From sequence record PQ826431.1: a DNA stretch of 64,000 nucleotides. One strand, 5' to 3'. A program made the translations under genes and the position numbers. This DNA comes from a phage. The notes under the pieces are model-generated. The model did not search any database. It was not told the DNA's origin and saw only the letters and a list, made by a program, of their open reading frames with translations. The stretch's first letter is position 1. Every line of letters begins with the position of its first letter. This document shows, in pieces, positions 1 through 8,305 of the stretch.

Positions 1-531
1 TCTGTCCCACATAAGTGCTTCAGCAAAACGGTTTTCCTGTGTTTTTGTCATCTTCGAAATGTATTCTGGAATATCTGTTACAGGGAGATATTCCAAAGAA
101 GATGGATACCCACCATGAATAAACGCAAGTTTCATGCCTCTGTAGTTAACAATGAGAACAACAGGTAAATCTTCTGTCATCATTGCTAAGGCTGTAGCTC
201 CTTCTTCACCACATTCTTCAAAGACCGTATATCCTCCATTTTGATACCAACACTCGTAGTAGCTACGATCTCCTTCCAGCATACCTTTAATCATCATGTC
301 TTCATGATTGCCACGAATAGCGTAGCGATTGTGTTTACGAGTAAATTCTAAAACACAACGAAAGTTTTGCTTTCCACGGTCAGTAAGATCTCCTAGAGAT
401 ACAACCACATCTGTATCTCGGATACCTAACTTTGCCTTTCCTTTTTCATACAAATTATAACAACCGTGTAGATCTCCAATTATAAAAAGATCTTGATCGC
501 TTTTAACAGTAATTTCTCTGTGTATGATCAC
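1..531 (-). CDS. Ser/Thr protein phosphatase (calcineurin-like metallophosphoesterase), partial; C-terminus beyond window edge
   Basis: Manual minus-strand translation from GTG at 531-529 gives VIIHREITVKSDQDLFIIGDLHGCYNLYEK...SLGDLTDRGKQ...IRGNHEDMM with the three PPP-family motifs GDxHG, GDxxDRG, GNHE; open to position 1; start overlaps stop of the gene at 528..857 (GTGA). Confidence 0.7.
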   Translation of the reverse strand, partial: MIIHREITVKSDQDLFIIGDLHGCYNLYEKGKAKLGIRDTDVVVSLGDLTDRGKQNFRCVLEFTRKHNRYAIRGNHEDMMIKGMLEGDRSYYECWYQNGGYTVFEECGEEGATALAMMTEDLPVVLIVNYRGMKLAFIHGGYPSSLEYLPVTDIPEYISKMTKTQENRFAEALMWDR

Positions 532-857
532 TTATCCTCCTCAAAATCTAAGAAAATAAAAATATTCACCTTTCCTTCAATCTCTTGTTCTAAAACAAGA
601 TCGGCAAATTCTGCATAAGCTTTCTCTTCAACTTTTTCAATATGTTCTGCGGCATCTTTAAAAGGCGTATCCCCATCCACCTTTACTAATAAGAAAAGAG
701 ATCGCATTTCGACGTTTTTACTGTTACGAGGAAGGAAATCTACAGCTTCAACAATTCTCCAACCCAAATAGCCAGGGGTTTTATGAATCTCCCCTAAATA
801 CTTTTCTAAGATTTTACGACCCTCGTCGATAAGGGCTTGTTCTGTAGTAATTTCCAT
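528..857 (-). CDS. hypothetical protein (109 aa)
   Basis: ORF in tightly packed co-oriented minus-strand gene array; no recognisable motif. Confidence 0.45.
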   Translation of the reverse strand: MEITTEQALIDEGRKILEKYLGEIHKTPGYLGWRIVEAVDFLPRNSKNVEMRSLFLLVKVDGDTPFKDAAEHIEKVEEKAYAEFADLVLEQEIEGKVNIFIFLDFEEDK

Positions 858-867
858 TCCTTCCTCC

Positions 868-1458
868 TCAAATTATTAACGAAACCGCATGACTAAATCT
901 TGGTTCAGATATAACCTCTGCTACAGTCACATATGTATCGTGCAGCCAAAAAGATTCTACTCTACAAACACAAATACCGTTGATAATGAAATCTACACAG
1001 GCTTTATTATTTTCGCACACTTGTTGACTATAAACAACCCCTAAAGAGTCATAAAGTGATCTCACTGTTGCTACCATTTCATCTGTTTCGTCTTCCTGTG
1101 AAACAAAGAAAACGAATACAGACAAGTTATTAGCGAAAGTATTGCTATTCTCTACTTCAACCGACTTACAAGGTAAAAAGGAGTAATATTTACCGTTAGG
1201 TATCAATTTCGCCTCAACCTGGTTAAGTATGCTTTGAGATGGTTTTGTTACATAAAAAAGATTTTCTGTTGGGTTTTCAACATTGCTCCTTACTATGCAA
1301 CGAGTGGGGTTCGAAGGATCAAAAACATGATCGAAATCGACACACACAGGTAAGTTAACAACTTTAAACTTTTTGCTAAGAATGCTTACTGCTGTAAAAA
1401 TCAAACCAGCATTTATTTTGCCAGTGAAAGTTGAACGCATAACTACTCCTCGGATCAT
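868..1458 (-). CDS. hypothetical protein (196 aa)
   Basis: ORF in co-oriented array, start/stop abut neighbours; no motif recognised. Confidence 0.5.
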   Translation of the reverse strand: MIRGVVMRSTFTGKINAGLIFTAVSILSKKFKVVNLPVCVDFDHVFDPSNPTRCIVRSNVENPTENLFYVTKPSQSILNQVEAKLIPNGKYYSFLPCKSVEVENSNTFANNLSVFVFFVSQEDETDEMVATVRSLYDSLGVVYSQQVCENNKACVDFIINGICVCRVESFWLHDTYVTVAEVISEPRFSHAVSLII

Positions 1459-1649
1459 TCTACCAAAGAGAATTCCGCCTCTTCCAGGTAGATTACAGAC
1501 CTTGTTGCATGATATTTAACGCTCCAGAAATTACCTTCGCGCCGTAAAAGTATCTCATTCACATCAAGATTGCTTAGAAAAACCATATAACTTAAAGCTT
1601 GTTGACGCGTTGAGAATTGTTTCTCTAAAAGTTCTTCTCCGCTCTGCAT
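1455..1649 (-). CDS. hypothetical protein (64 aa)
   Basis: Small ORF with ATGA-type overlap to downstream gene; preceded by hairpin plus AGGAGG RBS. Confidence 0.4.
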   Translation of the reverse strand: MQSGEELLEKQFSTRQQALSYMVFLSNLDVNEILLRREGNFWSVKYHATRSVIYLEEAEFSLVE

Positions 1650-1694
1650 AATCCCTCCTTAAAATACTCCCTCCGAAAAGGGAGTATAAGTATA

Positions 1695-1898
1695 TCACGT
1701 AGTTGTTATGTTGTCTTCTTGGATACTAGAATCCACTTCTGCAAACATATCTTCTGCACTGTAATTATTTCCAGTCCAGCGTGATAAAAGGATAGCACCA
1801 ATCTCTTTTGCATGAGATTCGGACTCTGCATAAACGTTAGTCCCAGTGTCACCTTTTTTCTTTTCATGTGCATAAATGCAGTAATAATTGTAAGCCAT
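1695..1898 (-). CDS. hypothetical protein (67 aa)
   Basis: Small ORF in co-oriented array. Confidence 0.4.
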   Translation of the reverse strand: MAYNYYCIYAHEKKKGDTGTNVYAESESHAKEIGAILLSRWTGNNYSAEDMFAEVDSSIQEDNITTT

Positions 1899-2134
1899 TA
1901 ATCTTCCCAGTCATTGCCCTCGGTAGAGTGAACTAAAGCTCGCACGATACCACCGTAATCTACTGCCTGATTTGCAGCATGTTCGGCATAAACTTCAATG
2001 GCTTTTTTGAAGAAAAGAGCAGTAGCTGCTTCAATATTATCCATTTCGCCATCTACGTCAGTAGAAAGTGAAAGGTTGAGGCTTTCATCTACTTCATCAA
2101 AATCAATAGCCACTGTCATAATTAGTTTACCCAT
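1898..2134 (-). CDS. hypothetical acidic protein (78 aa)
   Basis: Small ORF abutting neighbours. Confidence 0.4.
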   Translation of the reverse strand: MGKLIMTVAIDFDEVDESLNLSLSTDVDGEMDNIEAATALFFKKAIEVYAEHAANQAVDYGGIVRALVHSTEGNDWED

Positions 2135-2146
2135 AGTTCACACTCC

Positions 2147-2656
2147 TTAAACAAAATAAAATGGTTGAGAGAGGCCCAAACGATTCTTTGGGTCGTATAC
2201 ATACCAAGCGTATGCTGTCTTATCTGTTCCACCTGCAACAAACGAAGGCCGTTCTGAAAGGACTATAAGGTTTGTTGGTGGATTCTTTTGATGGAACTCT
2301 CGTCGTTTCTTTGACTCCAAGAAGCCCAACCGAAGAAGATAAATACAAACATCCGCCTCTTTTAAGCTCTTTTCCAAGAACTCCATTGCTAACTTAAATG
2401 GAGGATTTGTGATTATAATGTCGGGACGATTTTCCCATTCATGACTAAAATAATCTTTACCTTCTTCAAGTTCGCAATATTCTGAACCTTCAGGAAAATG
2501 GCGATAAATCGCTTCAGCTTCACCTCTGCAAGGTTCTGCAAAAACCCAACCTTCTTCCTTTAGATTTTTGAAATCTATAACACTAAACAAACTATTGATT
2601 GCTTTTTGCGGTGTCGGATAATAATCGCTCGTTGGGCGATCATAATCTAATGCCAT
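2147..2656 (-). CDS. putative DNA N6-adenine methyltransferase (small phage Dam-like)
   Basis: Translation contains 'IIITNPPF' (NPPF/DPPY-type catalytic motif IV of N6-adenine/N4-cytosine MTases); size about 170 aa like small phage Dam enzymes; assignment is motif-based only. Confidence 0.4.
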   Translation of the reverse strand: MALDYDRPTSDYYPTPQKAINSLFSVIDFKNLKEEGWVFAEPCRGEAEAIYRHFPEGSEYCELEEGKDYFSHEWENRPDIIITNPPFKLAMEFLEKSLKEADVCIYLLRLGFLESKKRREFHQKNPPTNLIVLSERPSFVAGGTDKTAYAWYVYDPKNRLGLSQPFYFV

Positions 2657-3152
2657 CTAAAATCTCCTCTTTTGTAATATTATCCAACTCTTTAAAGGAT
2701 GAAATCTCGTTTAATAATCCTATTTGATCAGCTTCTAGAGGATAAGTGTTTTTATCTGTTTTTCTAGACAGAATATCTTCAACAAACTTATCAATAGCCA
2801 AAGAAGAATCATAAAATTTTAAAAGTTGGTAATCCATAGGAGATATTTTGTCATCTCTTAGAAATATTTCTAACATGTTTTCAGGAGTATCATGGTTTAG
2901 TTTATGTTCACCAAAAATATTAACTTCATAAACATCTTTGCCAAACCAACGTTTCTTCTTTTCAACAGTATAGGTTTTTGCCACCAGACCATCTAAACAG
3001 TTTCTTGCCCTCTTACATGTTTGACGGTAAGAGTGGATAGCGCCTTCAACAAACTTAGCAGGAACTTGTAACATTATTAATCTCCTATGTTTAAGAAATG
3101 CCCCCGAAGGGGGCAGTTTGTTAAATAGCGGTTCCTTCGAAATCCGCCACAT
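2640..3152 (-). CDS. hypothetical protein (170 aa)
   Basis: ORF preceded (minus sense) by GC hairpin and AGGAG RBS. Confidence 0.5.
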   Translation of the reverse strand: MWRISKEPLFNKLPPSGAFLKHRRLIMLQVPAKFVEGAIHSYRQTCKRARNCLDGLVAKTYTVEKKKRWFGKDVYEVNIFGEHKLNHDTPENMLEIFLRDDKISPMDYQLLKFYDSSLAIDKFVEDILSRKTDKNTYPLEADQIGLLNEISSFKELDNITKEEILDGIRL

Positions 3153-3813
3153 TTACGAGATTAATATTTTCAGATTTAGAAGTCAAGTTGTTTTCTGCAA
3201 CAGATTTTTCTTCAGTATCCGCCTCGTTACCTGCCACGTTACGAGGTTCTTCTTCACCGTAGGGATTACCGAATTTCAAAAGATTGATCAATTCTTCTTT
3301 GGAGAAGTTTTCTAAATCATCATCTGTTAATTCAATAATCTCGTCTTGTTCTTCAATAAATGTTTCACCACCAGAAAAAGCATCTCGCTTTTTAGCTACT
3401 TCCATAGCCTGTTCTGGTGTTGCTCCTGCATCAAGAGCAGCTAAAGCAAAGTCTGACCCGCTTCCTACCGCATAATATTCTTCATCAATCGGATATGCAC
3501 GTGTTGGGTTGTTACCTTCGTGCAGGAAAATACGTCCATCTGGATGAACAACAAGTGCAATAAACTCTTCATCTTCTTTATCTGGATCAGAGTGAATCAT
3601 CAAACCAGGGACAGCATCACGTGCTGCTTCGCACTGTAGATTTTGTTCAAACCATTGAAAGAAAGAAAGCACGGAGGTCAGACGACCAGCACCGCCTACA
3701 AGGTAATCTCCAATTTTTCGGACCTTTTTGAAATTAATAGAATCTACACGTCCACCAAAAGTTACCTTACCGTCACTCAAAATCTTATTTTTGGTCGCAA
3801 TAATTGTCGTCAC
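3121..3813 (-). CDS. Ntn-hydrolase / proteasome-HslV-like peptidase with acidic C-terminal tail
   Basis: N-terminus 'MTTIIATKNKILSDGKVTFGGRVDSINFKKVRKIGDYLVGGAGRLTSVLSFFQWFEQNL' parallels HslV/proteasome beta N-terminus (Thr right after Met, GxxGxxxD, 'AVGSGSDFALAAL' near C-domain); about 50 aa acidic C-terminal extension. Confidence 0.55.
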   Translation of the reverse strand: MTTIIATKNKILSDGKVTFGGRVDSINFKKVRKIGDYLVGGAGRLTSVLSFFQWFEQNLQCEAARDAVPGLMIHSDPDKEDEEFIALVVHPDGRIFLHEGNNPTRAYPIDEEYYAVGSGSDFALAALDAGATPEQAMEVAKKRDAFSGGETFIEEQDEIIELTDDDLENFSKEELINLLKFGNPYGEEEPRNVAGNEADTEEKSVAENNLTSKSENINLVNVADFEGTAI

Positions 3814-4316
3814 TATTCTTCCTCCTCTGTTAATGTTTTAAGAACCGCTTTCCCGCCATTCACATATTTGCAGATGTATTCTATCGCACGTAGTGTCTCT
3901 TTGTCAACAAAAATTTGATCAGACGTTGCGAGCGGGTTATTAAGAAGATCACTGCAATCACGAACAAGCAGTGCTTTCTTATTAAACAAATTACTTAAGA
4001 ACAGTAACTTCGCCTCTTCTTCTGTTATGTGCAGAAGGCTAGGATCGGAGCCAGCTATTCCTATTATACAATCAAACAAGCTTTCTTTACTATCAGAAAG
4101 TTCTTGAAAATGGTTTAAAAGCCAATCTTCTCCTAGACACCAACATTTAAACATTTCCAGTTTATCTCGGAGGGTCATATTCTCTAAAGTAAGAGCAATC
4201 TCTTTTTCAATATGGTTTACACAAATTTGACGAAATTCGTTAGGTTTTACGAGTCCCGTTTGATAGCACTCATCTATACCGCTTCTTCCGATAGCTATTG
4301 TTGCTACACCCATCAA
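3813..4316 (-). CDS. hypothetical protein (167 aa)
   Basis: ORF abutting Ntn-hydrolase gene; no motif recognised. Confidence 0.5.
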   Translation of the reverse strand: MMGVATIAIGRSGIDECYQTGLVKPNEFRQICVNHIEKEIALTLENMTLRDKLEMFKCWCLGEDWLLNHFQELSDSKESLFDCIIGIAGSDPSLLHITEEEAKLLFLSNLFNKKALLVRDCSDLLNNPLATSDQIFVDKETLRAIEYICKYVNGGKAVLKTLTEEEE

Positions 4317-4348
4317 TCCTCCTTATAAATGGCTTCCCTGCCACATTA

Positions 4349-5107
4349 TTAAATAAACACTTCAGTAATCAGTTTAGACAAACGTCCACGTTTATTATCG
4401 TCCGTTGTCAGTTCAACATATCCAATAAAATCTACAATTGGCTCACGAACACCCTCTTCATTCTCTGGATATAAAAGTTCCAAAATTTGATGCAGACCAT
4501 TGCTACGTTTTTTAATTGCATATGTCTGGCGAACATCGCCTAATACAATAACATGCGTATTAATACCTGCACGTTCAATAAGAAGTTTAAGTGTTTCTGT
4601 TGACATAAGTTGTGCTTCGTCAATAATGACGATTGTATTATCCAGGGTAGCCCCCAACAAATAGTTAGGAATATTCAATTCGATCTTACCTGATCCAATA
4701 TCGTTTTCCAATTTGTTGGCTGTCATGAATTGCTGGAAAATACGTTTTGTAGATTCATAGTGTGCTGCTAGTTTATCTGTTTTATCCCCAGACAAGAAAC
4801 CAATCTGGTCATCTCCGACTTCAGTAGGGTTCTTGATAAAAAGTAGTTTACGGAAGTCTCCTGAACGAAGCATCTGCAAAGCTTTCCATAAAGCAACAGA
4901 GGTTTTACCAGTCCCTGCCGGAGCATTTACAACAGTCAGATCATTCCAAATCATGCTTTGAACAATCTTATTTTGGTCCCCTTCAGGCATAAATTCATCT
5001 AAACGGTAATCGTCATTACCTACCGCTTTTGCTGCATAACGGCTTTCAATCTTTGCTGAATTAGCCAGTTTCTGCCGTTGTGTTTTAGCTGCGGTTTTAT
5101 TTCCCAT
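4349..5107 (-). CDS. phoH: PhoH-like ATPase
   Basis: Walker A 'NAPAGTGKTSVAL' and overall PhoH-family pattern; start moved from track position 5158 to internal ATG at 5107, which is preceded by AAAGGAG RBS and lies downstream of the lysozyme stop and a GC hairpin. Confidence 0.8.
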   Translation of the reverse strand: MGNKTAAKTQRQKLANSAKIESRYAAKAVGNDDYRLDEFMPEGDQNKIVQSMIWNDLTVVNAPAGTGKTSVALWKALQMLRSGDFRKLLFIKNPTEVGDDQIGFLSGDKTDKLAAHYESTKRIFQQFMTANKLENDIGSGKIELNIPNYLLGATLDNTIVIIDEAQLMSTETLKLLIERAGINTHVIVLGDVRQTYAIKKRSNGLHQILELLYPENEEGVREPIVDFIGYVELTTDDNKRGRLSKLITEVFI

Positions 5108-5144
5108 AGTAGCACTCCTTTTAGAAGGGGCCGAAGCCCCTTTA

Positions 5145-5645
5145 TTAGTTGTAAGCATCTAAAGTTCCAGAAGTCAGAACTTTAATTACTCGTTCAGCAC
5201 GGTTTGGCGTCTGGCTATACCATCGGCTTTTACGCATGTTTTTACCTGCTTGAGTATAATATGCATTGCTGATTAAAGTCAAGCTATTTTGAAACCCTTC
5301 AGCACCTTTTAACCCCAACTGGAAAACCATGTTGATTATTCCCAATTTACGAGTATCACTAACCTTATCATAGATTGGTGATAAGATAGTACTGTTTTTT
5401 ATGTCTCTCTTCACTTTTGCAACATCGTCAGCAAAGATTTGACGGGCTTCTTTTTCTGTGATAACTCCATTAGTCTTACGACCAAGAAGATTATCTAAGA
5501 TTTGAATAGCCTTTGCTTTATCTTTTATTTTAGTCAGAAGGTGTCCTATGCCGACTGTCCAATAACCAAGATGGTCTTGATAAACAGTAAGCTTCAGTCC
5601 TTCATCGACTCGTAGCATATCAAACTCATCTACTACTTTAGCCAT
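5145..5645 (-). CDS. e: endolysin, T4 E-type lysozyme (GH24)
   Basis: Translation 'MLRVDEGLKLTVYQDHLGYWTVGIGHLL...NGVITEKEA...INMVFQLG...SRWYSQTPNRAERVI' closely parallels T4 lysozyme ([28 protein letters not shown] ... SRWYNQTPNRAKRVI). Confidence 0.9.
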   Translation of the reverse strand: MAKVVDEFDMLRVDEGLKLTVYQDHLGYWTVGIGHLLTKIKDKAKAIQILDNLLGRKTNGVITEKEARQIFADDVAKVKRDIKNSTILSPIYDKVSDTRKLGIINMVFQLGLKGAEGFQNSLTLISNAYYTQAGKNMRKSRWYSQTPNRAERVIKVLTSGTLDAYN

Positions 5646-5807
5646 TTACTTCCTATTCGTCGTCTCCTACTCCGTGATCCAACTCGTTAAACAACAAATG
5701 TTCTGGAGAAGTTTCACGTTTTGGTTTCGTTTTCTTTATGTTGGACTTCAGCTCATTTGCCAAAGCACGAGAAAAGATCTTACGTTTCTGTTTACTTTTC
5801 ATAATTG

Positions 5808-6068
5808 TTACTCCGCAATTTGAGCCATGAGATCACGCAGTTCGGTAAAACCGCCTACGTATGTTACCTCCCCGTTCACTTCAGACAGAATTTGTGGAAA
5901 TGTGCGTGGAGGAACTCCGGTAAGATCAACAACTGTTTTAGTCATTGATTCTAAATCATAGTCTTGATCAAGACTTAAATATTCAAACTGTTTATTGCGC
6001 ATGGTTAATAGTTGTTTTGACATTTCGCAAAATTGACAGTTAGGTTTACCAAAAATTACAAATTCCAT
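5808..6068 (-). CDS. glutaredoxin/NrdH-like redoxin
   Basis: 86 aa with 'CQFC' active-site-like motif near N-terminus ('FGKPNCQFCEMSKQLL') in the nucleotide-metabolism cluster. Confidence 0.55.
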   Translation of the reverse strand: MEFVIFGKPNCQFCEMSKQLLTMRNKQFEYLSLDQDYDLESMTKTVVDLTGVPPRTFPQILSEVNGEVTYVGGFTELRDLMAQIAE

Positions 6069-6910
6069 TACCTCTCCTTATTAAGTAATACTGCTAAAGA
6101 CTGTTCAATACCTTTATTTAAATCTGATTTTGTAAGATAGTGACTGGTTACTAGTTGTGACTTCACCGGACGTGCTGCTGGAGCATTATAGGTTGAAGCT
6201 GATACCGCCGATATCTTAACAGGTTCTGGCATCTGTGTCAAGATCTTTTCCGCAAACTCCGCCCAAGAAATAAAATGGCTTCCTGCAAAATGGTAAGTCT
6301 TAACAGACCTTGACCAACCTGTTTTTAATACTTCAAAAATAGCTTCTGCTAAATCTGGAGCATATGTTGGACAAGAGAACTGATCAGCAACAACAATAAA
6401 ATCACGTTGTCCATCATTATAGCGAGACAACATGGTTTTTAGAAAGTTATTTCCAAATTCGCTATATACCGAGGCTGTTCGAATAATATATGCATTTGGG
6501 TTAACTCCTCGCACCATTTTTTCACCAAGTTCTTTCGTATACCCATAATTGTTTATTGGGTTAGGTGTAGTATCTTCAAAAATAGGATGAGAATAATTAA
6601 AAATATAATCTGTAGAAATATGCACAAAATCAATTTTAAGTTTGCTGCACACTGCCGCAATATTTGCAGGTCCATACGCATTAACAGCCAAAGCAGTAGC
6701 AAAATCATGTTCTGCTTTATCTACAGCCGTATAAGCGGCGCAATTAATAACACCATCTACATAATCTTCAACAATAGCGTTTCGCACAGCTTCAAAATTT
6801 GTAATATCTACACGTTCTTTAGGATAAATTAAAGATACATTTGAAGGAACCACTTTACGTAAAGCTTGTCCCAGTTGTCCATTACCGCCCAATACCAGAT
6901 ATGTTAGCAT
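6068..6910 (-). CDS. rmlD: dTDP-4-dehydrorhamnose reductase (RmlD/RfbD-like)
   Basis: Rossmann 'LVLGGNGQLGQAL', and blocks 'CAAYTAVDKAEHD', 'HISTDYIF', 'NYGYTKELGEKMV', 'IIRTASVYS', 'ADQFSCPTYAPDLAEA' matching RmlD conserved regions. Confidence 0.8.
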   Translation of the reverse strand: MLTYLVLGGNGQLGQALRKVVPSNVSLIYPKERVDITNFEAVRNAIVEDYVDGVINCAAYTAVDKAEHDFATALAVNAYGPANIAAVCSKLKIDFVHISTDYIFNYSHPIFEDTTPNPINNYGYTKELGEKMVRGVNPNAYIIRTASVYSEFGNNFLKTMLSRYNDGQRDFIVVADQFSCPTYAPDLAEAIFEVLKTGWSRSVKTYHFAGSHFISWAEFAEKILTQMPEPVKISAVSASTYNAPAARPVKSQLVTSHYLTKSDLNKGIEQSLAVLLNKER

Positions 6911-7470
6911 ACACCCTCGCTACGTAACTGTTGAAAAGATTTAGCCATTGCATCTTTTGTTGATAGGATAGGTTTAAAACCTTCGTCAAAAATCATATCG
7001 AAGCCCCAATCGATCCCTATGTCAGGATCATCCCAACGTAAACTTTGTTCACTAGAAGGGTCGTATGGAGTTGTGCATTTGTATTCAAAGATCGCATCCA
7101 TACTCAAAACTATAAAACCATGTGCCAAACCAGGAGGAAGCCAAAACTGCGTATGGTGTCGTGCACGAAGAACAACACCGTCCCAAGCACCGTAAGTTGG
7201 ACTGTCTTTACGTAAGTCTACAGCGAAATCCAATACTTCCCCACTTACACAACGAACAAGCTTACCTTGCGGATTATTTGTTTGAAAGTGCATTCCTCGC
7301 AAAACACCGAAGTTTGATTTAGACATATTATCTTGAACGAAAGTTTGTTTACCAATAATATCTTCGTATTTTTGTTCATTGTATGTTTCTAAAAAGAAAC
7401 CACGATCATCTTTATAAACGTCTGGTTTGATAATTACCGCACCTTCAATTTTTGTTTTTTCTACTTTCAT
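6904..7470 (-). CDS. rmlC: dTDP-4-dehydrorhamnose 3,5-epimerase (RmlC/RfbC-like cupin)
   Basis: 'VLRGMHFQ...GKLVRCVSGEVLDFAVDLRKDSPTYGAWDGVVL...LPPGLAHGF' matches RmlC cupin signature; overlaps rmlD start by 7 nt. Confidence 0.8.
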   Translation of the reverse strand: MKVEKTKIEGAVIIKPDVYKDDRGFFLETYNEQKYEDIIGKQTFVQDNMSKSNFGVLRGMHFQTNNPQGKLVRCVSGEVLDFAVDLRKDSPTYGAWDGVVLRARHHTQFWLPPGLAHGFIVLSMDAIFEYKCTTPYDPSSEQSLRWDDPDIGIDWGFDMIFDEGFKPILSTKDAMAKSFQQLRSEGVC

Positions 7471-7479
7471 TTTCTCTCC

Positions 7480-7806
7480 TTACCAGACATGTTGAGAAAT
7501 AATAGTTTCCGTTTTAATGTTATATTTTTCAAGTAGCTCTGCATAGGCTTCTTTTGCATTCTCATTCAATTGCTCAAGATCTACAGCTATGCTTCCTTCT
7601 CCACCTTCTAAATCAAGGCCATATATGCAATAAGACTCATCTGCATCGTAGAAAGGAGAGATGCGGCTTAAGTCAAGACCTTCTTGTAAGAACCAATTAA
7701 AATCTCCATCAAATTCTTCTTCAATTCTAGGATCTTCTCCTACAGCCTCTTCCCACTTATTAAAAGGTGCACCCTGTAACATACGCCATTCGATATCAAT
7801 ACCCAT
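7480..7806 (-). CDS. hypothetical acidic protein (108 aa)
   Basis: ORF in array. Confidence 0.45.
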   Translation of the reverse strand: MGIDIEWRMLQGAPFNKWEEAVGEDPRIEEEFDGDFNWFLQEGLDLSRISPFYDADESYCIYGLDLEGGEGSIAVDLEQLNENAKEAYAELLEKYNIKTETIISQHVW

Positions 7807-7981
7807 TTTTCATCTCCTCCTCTTCTTGAGCAGCTTTAATAATTGCTTCATAAATATCGTAAGCAATGCCTCCACAACATCTAGCTTCGAAAGCTATTGC
7901 TTCTGCAATGTGATCTGTTAATTCTCGTGGAATACGGACATACTCTTTTTCATTCTCCATCTTCCACCTCTTCTTTTTCAA
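7796..7981 (-). CDS. hypothetical protein (61 aa)
   Basis: Small ORF overlapping neighbour by 11 nt. Confidence 0.35.
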   Translation of the reverse strand: MKKKRWKMENEKEYVRIPRELTDHIAEAIAFEARCCGGIAYDIYEAIIKAAQEEEEMKNGY

Positions 7982-8095
7982 AGACTACTACTCGTCCCTC
8001 ACCATGACAATTCAGGCAAGGAAATGTTACCATAATTTCCACTTCCATCTGTCCAGTCCCACCGCACACAGGACAAAAAATAAGTTTTTCAGCCA

Positions 8096-8305
8096 TTATT
8101 CCTCCTTAATTATTTCAAACTTGGCAACACCATTTACAATAATATGACCACAAGACATAACTCCTAGCCAAGGATCGCCGTTTTTCTTCAGGCGTTTACC
8201 GAATACATCACAAAAACCATTCTTCATTTCGGAGGCTTCATAAGAAGCCCCTTTGTCAAAAACGTCTTTGAATGTGTCGATTATACCAACACATCTCAAA
8301 ATCAT
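8096..8305 (-). CDS. hypothetical protein (69 aa)
   Basis: Small ORF immediately upstream of nrdB (stop overlaps). Confidence 0.4.
   Translation of the reverse strand: MILRCVGIIDTFKDVFDKGASYEASEMKNGFCDVFGKRLKKNGDPWLGVMSCGHIIVNGVAKFEIIKEE

Noticed and set aside
4349-5158. Track-annotated phoH start at 5158, overlapping the lysozyme gene
   Set aside because: The first 17 codons span the GC hairpin and the RBS of the internal ATG at 5107; the shorter start fits the gene layout better.
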